DNA of 57,787 bases from an uncultured cyanobacterium (GTDB taxonomy: Bacteria; Cyanobacteriota; Cyanobacteriia; Cyanobacteriales; Microcystaceae): NCBI GenBank assembly GCA_963807635.1, contig CAWEDJ010000102.1, positions 1 to 57,787 of the forward strand. Reading direction: 5' to 3'. Below the pieces are notes generated by a model. The model was given only the letters and a program-made list of their open reading frames with translations, was not told the origin of the DNA and did not search any database. Every line of letters starts with the position of its first letter. Within the stretch, counting starts at the first letter, position 1. Both the position numbers and the translations under genes were made by a program. This document shows positions 50,564 through 57,787 of this stretch, one piece after another.

Positions 50564-51961
50564 TTAAGATAAAAAGAAAGATTGGGGAGCCTTGGCACGG
50601 ATTTCAAAACTGTTGAGATAACCGACGAGATCACTGGGATCAAAGGGTTTGCGATCGATAAAAGCTTCAGGAGGAGCCACATAATAATCCTCTGTTGGAC
50701 ATTGAATACCTAAATCAGTCGCAATTTCTCGATATAAATCGGTTCTCCAAGCTTTTTGGGCTATTTTTTCGGCATTCTTTGGTATTTCTGGGATTTGTTG
50801 CCATCGAGCCGCCTGGGTCATTAACCAAAGACTTTCCGACTGCCACAAGAAAGTGGAATGATCCCTGGGTGCTTTGCCCATATCGTCGGGCATATCAAAA
50901 AATAAGGTGGTTTCCAGACTTTTGACCCACCGTTGTTGATTATCAAAGCCCCCATAGTTATAATTTCCCACAATTCCCGCCTCAGTTAATTTGGATTTAG
51001 CCCCAGTAAATGAGCGTTGGGCAATGATTTTGGCGACTTCTGGTCTATTTTCGGGTTTACTGCAATATTGACAAGCTTCAATCATGGCTTTCACCAGAGA
51101 GCGATAGGTTTTCGGATTTTCTTCAATAAATGATTCCATCACTGCCAAAATGCGATCGGGATCAGCCGCGCCAAATTTCTCGTCCCTGGGCAAAGGTAAA
51201 ACCAATTCCCTCATTACCTGTAATAGCCCTAGTATTCCAAGGTTCAGCGACCATATAGGCTTGCATTGCCCCAATTCGCATATTATTGACCATTTGCGGG
51301 GGAGGAATAATCAATACACGAAATTCTGCTTCAGGATTAATTCCCATTGCAGAGGTGAGATAACGCACAAAATATTCATAAATCGAAGAACTCAGCACCA
51401 CTGCCCAGACCCGTTGTTCGAGGGGAATTTTATCAAAATAAGCCCGCAAATCTCGTCCAAAATGATCTAAATCTCCGTTATATTCCTGCCAGGGACGTAA
51501 TCCAAAATCCCACATCGCCCGATCCATTGTCATGGCGTTTCCGTGACGGTGAATGGTCATGGCTCCACACAAAGGAGCTTTTCTCGCCCCTTCTGCCCCT
51601 GTTCTGGCGTTGGTAATGGCTCCAGAAACGACGGGAGACGCATCTAATCGTCCAAAAATAATGCCGTCGCGGGAATTGCCCAACTGGCTTCTCGACTGAG
51701 TTTGACGTTTAATCCATATTTGCGAAACAAACCTTTTTCCCAAGCCACCGCAAAGGGAGCGCAATCATTGACGGGGACAAAACCAATGGTTAAATTCGGT
51801 TTTTCGAGGGTTTTGGGGTTAATAATCGGTTTAACGGCTAGGGCGGCTTCTGTTAAGTTGGTGGGATTGCGACTAGTGTTAATAGCACAGGACGAAAGCG
51901 CGATCGCGGAGGTTGCTCCCAAACCTTGTAAAAAATTACGTCGAGAAATGGGTGGATTCAT
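50564..51961 (-). CDS. CmpA/NrtA family ABC substrate-binding lipoprotein (two frameshifts)
   Basis: Tat signal SRRNFL plus lipobox LSSC, IGFVPVNDCAP, IPPPQMV..VAEPW, QAARW. Confidence 0.87.
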
Positions 51962-52076
51962 AGAAATTTGTGCAGGTCAGTCAAGAGATAAGTTGAAAAA
52001 TAACGCTCTTAATCTCAATTTCAGATAAAGAGTGTCAATATTAGCAAAAATTTGGTAGAAAATCTAAAGTCAATAA

Positions 52077-52921
52077 CTATTTTAGGGCTACGGTCGCAGG
52101 ACGATGAGTTACCCAAACTTGTAATTTACTAATCAAATAATCTAAAAATAAACCTGTTATGCCAATCACGATGACAGCCAAAAAGACGGAACTGAGGTTT
52201 AAGCGATTCCACTCATCCCATAAAAAGAAGCCAATTCCGACTCCTCCTGTCAACATTTCAACCGCTACAATGACTAACCAGGCAATGCCTAAACTGAGTC
52301 TTAATCCTGTGAAAATATAGGGCAAACTGGCAGGTAAAATAATTTTAAAAATTTTTCGATATGGCGGCATTTCTAGCACAGCGCCACATCTAGATAATCT
52401 TTCGGTACACTGGCGACTCCTAGGGCCGTATTAATAATCGTGGGCCAAAGAGAGGTAATAAAAATCACAAAAATTGCCGAAGGTTCAGCAATGCCAAACA
52501 TCGCCAAGGCGATCGGCAACCAGGCCAAAGGAGAAACGGGACGTAAAATTTGAATAATAGGATTAAAAATCAGCATCGCTGTTCTCGATAATCCAATTAA
52601 AAAGCCGAGGGGAATCGCTACCGCCGCCCCTAACAAAAATCCGATGGAAACTCGCCGTAAACTGGCTAATAATAACCAACCAATCCCCAGATCTCCTGGC
52701 CCTTTTTGAGAAAAAGGATTGAGGATGTAGTGTAAATTATTGTTTAACGCTTCCAAGGGAGTGGGCATTAATTCACTGCGAAAAATCGCTATGACCCACC
52801 AAATTCCGATTAATCCTAAGAAACCGAGAAGGGGAAAGAGAACCGTTTCTCGAATGACTAAGGGGCTGAATTTTTGCCAAGTTTTTTTTCCCGCGATCGC
52901 AAAAATAGGCACGTTCATCAT
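52077..52921 (-). CDS. NrtB/CmpB-like ABC permease (frameshift near 52380)
   Basis: SLRRV, LRPVSPLAWLP, WPTIINTALGV, PYIFTGLRLS..WLVIVAVEM. Confidence 0.88.
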
Positions 52922-53014
52922 CTGAAAACTCCGTGTCAAGATGTGGTACAAAAGTTGCGAGTAGCACCAATCAAGAACACTGACCGAGACAGAAATTCAC
53001 TAAAATCTTGTCAA

Positions 53015-53168
53015 AAGCCAGTCTTCCCTCAATGCCGACGAAGTTAGCTGACGGGCTAGGACTGAGAGATGTCCTTTTCAGTGCCTTGATTAAAACTCAA
53101 GACCGACTTGAAATACGCCCCAAAATTTGGTTCCTCCGCTCCAACACCAGTTGGATTAGGCTGATTTA
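53015..53168 (-). ncRNA. c-di-AMP (ydaO/yuaA) riboswitch
   Basis: Minus strand contains AATCC...GGAGCGGAGGAACCAAATTTTGGGGCG...CCCGTCAGCTAACTTCGTCGGC, the ydaO consensus blocks, in the 5' leader of the ABC operon. Confidence 0.85.
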
Positions 53169-53273
53169 CTCCAGCTTAAAACTGGAGTTTAACATAGATT
53201 TTTAAGTACAACCTATAAATATTATTAATTGTATTTATTGAAAATCATTAATAATTTAGTTTTCATGAATAAA

Positions 53274-54346
53274 TTAGGTAGCCGATTCTAACCCAAATAC
53301 TCGATTAAACACTTTTTCGACTTTATAGCCAGAATCAATAGATTCTTGGGGTGTTTGCGGAGACGATGACGCAAACAGAGAACAATCACGCGACGGATAT
53401 CCTCTACCGTTACCTCAGTGCGTCCTTCAAAGGCCGTTAAGGCCTTGGCCGCCCGATTGGTGACAATATCTCCCCGCAGTCCATCCACGTCTAACTCAGA
53501 ACACACTTCAGAAATTTTTACCCGCAAATCATAATCCATATTTACCGAAGGCAATAGCTCCTGGGATTGAATGATTTTAGCTTGGAGATCGTCCTGTTGG
53601 GATTGGTAGGCATCACAAAAAGTGAGGGGCATTTGGTCAAATGCCGATCGCTGTTCAACGATTTTCACTCGCAAAGCAGGTTCTCGCACCGTATGAATTT
53701 CGGCGTGCATCCCAAAGCGATCCGACAGTTGGGGACGTAATTCTCCTTCTTCGGGGTTACCTGAGCCGACTAGAACAAATCTGGCGGGATGTCGAATCGA
53801 AATGCCTTCCCGTTCCACCGTATTCCAACCCCCTGCGGCAAAGTATAGTAAAACATCCACGAGGTGATCATCGAGCAAATTAACTTCATCCACGTAGAGA
53901 ATGCCCCGATTAGCCTTGGCGAGCAGTCCAGGTTCAAAGGCTTTAACCCCTTCCGAGAGAGCTTTTTCAATATCAATCGTGCCGCACACTCGGTCTTCCG
54001 TTTCGCCCGGGGCAAGTCAACCATTGTCACTTTTTTCTTAACCACCGTCAGAGGCATTTGATTATCCACCTGGCTCCGAACTTGATAGCTCATCAGATCA
54101 GGGTAAGTGCGGGTCGGAATTGAAAGGATCGTTTGCCACGACTTCGATTTCGGGGAGTAGGTCAGCTAAAGCGCGGATCGTGGTGGATTTGCCTGTACCG
54201 CGATCGCCCATAATCATTACGCCCCCAATTTTGGGATCAATGACATTTAACAACAAAGCCAATTTCATTTCTTCTTGGCCGACAATTGCTGTAAATGGAA
54301 AAACAACGCGACGAGTTTTGGGGGGAGCGGACAGGGTTGCAGTCAT
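53274..54346 (-). CDS. chlI: Magnesium chelatase subunit I (multiple frameshifts)
   Basis: [63 protein letters not shown]. Confidence 0.93.
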
Positions 54347-54471
54347 CTGAGTTTTGGGAGGGGTAATTATTGGGTGGTTATTATCAAAATCAAATTTTAA
54401 ATCGCGAATCGCATCACGACCTAAAATTTTGTCACCCTTACCATTGTGCCACACCATTGACAGGGACAAAG

Positions 54472-55239
54472 CCAGTGGAAGCAGGCCAGGCCGGTCCGGG
54501 CGATCATGCCGATGCGGTCCGCCGTGTTCCCGCAGATGTGCAGGATGACCGGCACGGGGATCTTCCTCGGCCAGCCGGCGATGCAGCGGCAGCAGGAACT
54601 GCTCGTAGGCCCGGGGGCTGCACAGGTCGCGCGTCGCGTGGTCGGCCAGGAGGATGCAGTCGGCCCCGGCGTCGATCTGGGCCCGGGCAAAGGCGACGGT
54701 CACCGTCGCAGAGCTGGTCGAGGATCCGCCGCGTCTTGTCCGGGTCGTCGAGCGTGCCCATCAGGAAGTTCTCGACGCCGAAGTAGTGGTAGCCCTGGGT
54801 CCAGCCGCCCAACACCTTGCCGCACACGGCCGCGTCGTCGCCCAGCCGCTGCTTCAAGCAGGCGGATCGCCTCCAGCGGCACGCGGCAGCCGGGGCGGGC
54901 GAGGAGGTCCGGCGGGATGCGGATGTCGTCGACGTCCTTGAAGATCGGCTTGCCGCTCTCGGGCATGGCGTTCGGTCCGCCCCAGTCGACATTGCAGCCC
55001 ATCGCCGCCGCCTCGTGGCACACGGAAAACAGCGGCATCACCACGTCGAAGCCCAAGCACGCGTGTGGCCGGCCATGGCCAGGGCGGCCATCTTCTCCGC
55101 GTCCAGATGGGCCTCGGGGAAGAAGGCCCCGACCGCCTCCATCAACTCGCGGCAGACAATCGACGTGCCCGTGCCGAACACCGGCCGGTGCGACATACCG
55201 CGTAATTGCGTCCAGAAATCGTTGTCGGTTCGTGATCAT
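54472..55239 (-). CDS. MtaA/CmuA-like methyltransferase (uroporphyrinogen decarboxylase family), frameshifted and truncated at the junction
   Basis: LGFDVVMP.FSV..EAAAMGC.V.W, AFARAQIDAGAD, VILHICG. High-GC codon usage. Confidence 0.72.
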
Positions 55240-55253
55240 TTAATCAGCCAACA

Positions 55254-56395
55254 CTATCGCTCGATGCCCATCACCATTGCGCGAAGAAAGCCAGCCAACT
55301 CGGACCGGCTGGCGCTGCGCGCGTTGCAAACGAAAAACCCGGCGCCGGCGCAACCGAGAGCCAGTGACTCCGCAGGATCACAACCGAGTGCAAGTCCAAG
55401 GCATGCTCCTGCATTGAACCTGTCGCCCGCCCCGGTGCTCTTTTTCGGTTTCGGGCAAAATGACCCGGGCTGGGTGATGCCACCGTCTGCGTCAGCGGAC
55501 ACCGCGAAAGGGACGCAGTGGATAATTACCCGGCTTATTTTCAGGCGCTCCCGCAGCGCAATGGTTTGCGTCAAAGTTTCGCTCGCGCTCGCCTCCCGGC
55601 GCCGCAGGCGCAAGCTCATGCAGCCGGCAAAGAATGTTGGCCTCGTTTCCGTTCAGCCCGAGCGTGAAGGGCCGGCCTGTGGTTCGAAATCACGAAGGAT
55701 GCCACCGGTCATATTCAGAGAATGTCAGTCGCCGAACGGCTCGATGTGGATCCACCAGATCGATGAAGAAATGCGGCGGTGACCCGATCTTCGGCGAAGA
55801 TCTCCCTGCAGCAGCAACCAGACGTCGGTCATGTGCGGGTAAAGGGTCCAGTCGGTCAGCGCGATCACGCCGCCTTCCTACAGGCATACGCGTAGCATCC
55901 GTCCCGCAAACACTCCTCGACATGTGCCGCCGTGAAACCGGCCAGTTGACTCACCGAACTGAACATCAGTTTGCCGTCGGAAAACTCGAAGGCCAGCGTC
56001 GCGGCCCGGTTCGCGTCCCCACGAATGCGCGGAACGGAACCTCGACAGGGGTTCGGTAAAGGCGGGATCGATCGGATCGCCCATGGTGGCGAAGCAATCC
56101 ACGGGCACCCCGAGGGCCGCAAGCCCGTCGCCGAGATTCACGGCGCATCCGCCGGGATGCACGGCGTTGACCACGATCTCGCGCAGGCTGCTCTGGCCGG
56201 CGGCCGGGAAACCATGCGCCCAAAGGTGGCGATGTCGGGCACCGGCGTGAAATTCTCAAGTGACCTGCGCTCGCCGACGAGCGAGATCATTTCATCGACG
56301 AACCCGTCGAAGCCGGTGACAAACGCCGCCGCCCTCGGATGTCGCTGCTGATTCGATGCTTGCGCGAGTCTGGCAAGATCGGGTGTTGTGCTCAT
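55254..56395 (-). CDS. PfkB-type carbohydrate kinase-like protein (frameshifted)
   Basis: GFDGFVD at the N-terminus, STGAGDRFNAG PfkB signature at the C-terminus. Confidence 0.7.
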
Positions 56396-56499
56396 TGCGG
56401 GTCGCTCAGGAGTTTCACGACGGCCGGCTCATCCTCATCGACCCGCGGGAAGCGACCAATATCCGGGTTCAGGTAAAAGGTTTGTAGCCGCCGTCCGAG

Positions 56500-56758
56500 C
56501 TACGCGGCGGGCCGCGCGGCCTTCTTCGCCTTCTTGATGATGCTGCGCACCGTGTCCGATGGTTGCGCGCCGCGCTTGATCCAGTAATCGGCGCGGTCGA
56601 GGTCGATCTTGGAATTCTGCCCCGCTTTTTTCGGGTCGTAGTTTCCGATGATCGTCGATGAACTTGCCATCGCGCGGGCTGCGCTGGTCGGCGACGACGA
56701 TCTTGTAATAGGGATTATTCAGCGATCCCTCCCTGCGTAATCTGATTGCTACTGACAT
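56500..56758 (-). CDS. rpsP: 30S ribosomal protein S16 (frameshifted), non-cyanobacterial
   Basis: [31 protein letters not shown], then [20 protein letters not shown] in another frame. Confidence 0.9.
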
Positions 56759-56774
56759 AAGTGGTTTTCTGTTT

Positions 56775-57787
56775 CTACGGCATCCCAAAGGCGCCGGCTC
56801 CGCGGGTGCGAGCCATCATTTTCAATTTCTCGCATTATTCATCAGCTTCCTCATTTGATTGAATCGTTGGAGAAGTCGTTCACCTCGGTCACCGACGTTC
56901 CGCTGCCGCGGGCGAGCGCTGGCGGCGACGGGCGTTCAAGACATCCGGCTTCTGTCGCTCCTGCGCAGTCATCGAAAGCACTATGGCCTCGACCCGCTTC
57001 ATCTGTTTTTCGTCAACCGAAAGGCGCTTGACGTTACTCATGCCGGGCGACATGCCAAGCACATTCTCCAACGGCCCCAGTTTCTAAGCATCTTGAACTG
57101 CGCGAGGAAATCGTTGAAATCAAAAGTGGCGCTCCGCAGCTTGCGTTCCATGCGCGCGGCTTCCTCCTCGTCGATGGCCTCCGCGGCCTCTCAACCAGAC
57201 CCACCACGTCGCCCATGCCGAGGATTACGCCCCGCGAGCCGGTCAGGATAAACCGGCTCGAACTGGTCGAGCTTTCCCCCGACACCGGCGAATTTAATCG
57301 GCGTTTGGTGACCGCGCGCATCGAGAGCGCCGCGCCGCCGCGCGCGTCGCCGTCGAGCTTCGTGAGGACAATGCCGGTGATGTCCAGCGCCTCGTGAAAA
57401 TGCGTGGCCACGCTCACCGCCTGCTGCCCGGTCGCCGCGTCGCACACCAGCAGCACCTCCCGCGGCTTAAGGAAATCCTTCAGCCGCTTTACGAGCTCCC
57501 CGACCAGCGCCTCGTCGATCTCCTGACGGCCCGCCGTGTCGAAAATCTCCACGTTGCCGCCCTGCTCCCGCGCCCACTCCAGGCTTTTCGCGGCGGATTT
57601 CTGGGACCACGTCCTGCTCGCCGGGTTCGGGGACAAAAACAGGCACGCCGATCTGCCTGCCGAGCGTCGCCAGTTGCTCGACCGCGGCGGGACACCGCAG
57701 GTCGCTGGCGATCAGCAGCGGATTGCGCCCCTGCTTTTTCAAATACTTCGCCAGCTTGGCGGAGGAAGTCGTCTTGCCCGCGCCGTT
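56775..57787 (-). CDS. ffh: Signal recognition particle protein Ffh (3' part, frameshifted), non-cyanobacterial
   Basis: [50 protein letters not shown]. ffh-rpsP gene order. Confidence 0.92.

Noticed and set aside
54098..54703. 201-aa ORF that looks like a methyltransferase-ChlI fusion
   Set aside because: It spans the GC discontinuity. It is chance read-through from the foreign segment into the real chlI start at 54346.
54354..57742. Numerous long overlapping ORFs on both strands in the high-GC part
   Set aside because: They are shadow frames expected from stop-codon scarcity at high GC. Four minus-strand genes explain the region.
54471..57787. Horizontally acquired genomic island
   Set aside because: It contains core translation genes, begins mid-gene and has no mobility signatures, so a chimera is the simpler explanation.

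Overview
Most of the window (1 to ~54470) is chromosome from a unicellular cyanobacterium, with many HIP1 GCGATCGC sites. It carries housekeeping genes: pilMNO(Q), a group 2 sigma factor, metK, PBP1A, cyAbrB, sdhB, egtB, a Cph2-like phytochrome, cphAB, trmD, glsA, adk, recR, a c-di-AMP-riboswitch-led NrtABD-like transporter and chlI. The centrepiece is a complete type V-K CRISPR-associated transposon (CAST) at 13546-32790. It is bounded by TGTACA ends and a GAAAA target-site duplication, and sits 62 bp from a GTG PAM inside tRNA-Gly(TCC), which its own 17-nt homing spacer matches exactly. It encodes tnsB-tnsC-tniQ, cas12k, tracrRNA, a 5-repeat array and defence-type cargo (GIY-YIG protein, ImmA/IrrE peptidase plus PIN pair, Schlafen/AlbA_2 protein, type I R-M). 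Three things stand out. (1) The MerR-type CAST repressor CvkR is fused in frame to HsdR and heads the R-M operon. (2) A large serine recombinase lies between the homing spacer and the left end, bracketed by two inverted 113-bp MITE copies, and flipping that segment rebuilds a split TnsB site, which suggests an invertible cassette. (3) A decayed second left end abuts the TSD, which suggests repeated homing at the same nucleotide. From ~54471 the sequence switches abruptly to high-GC, non-cyanobacterial DNA (MtaA-like, PfkB-like, rpsP, ffh), most likely an assembly chimera. Many conserved genes carry single-base frameshifts, so the sequence looks error-prone and single-base claims need read-level checking.
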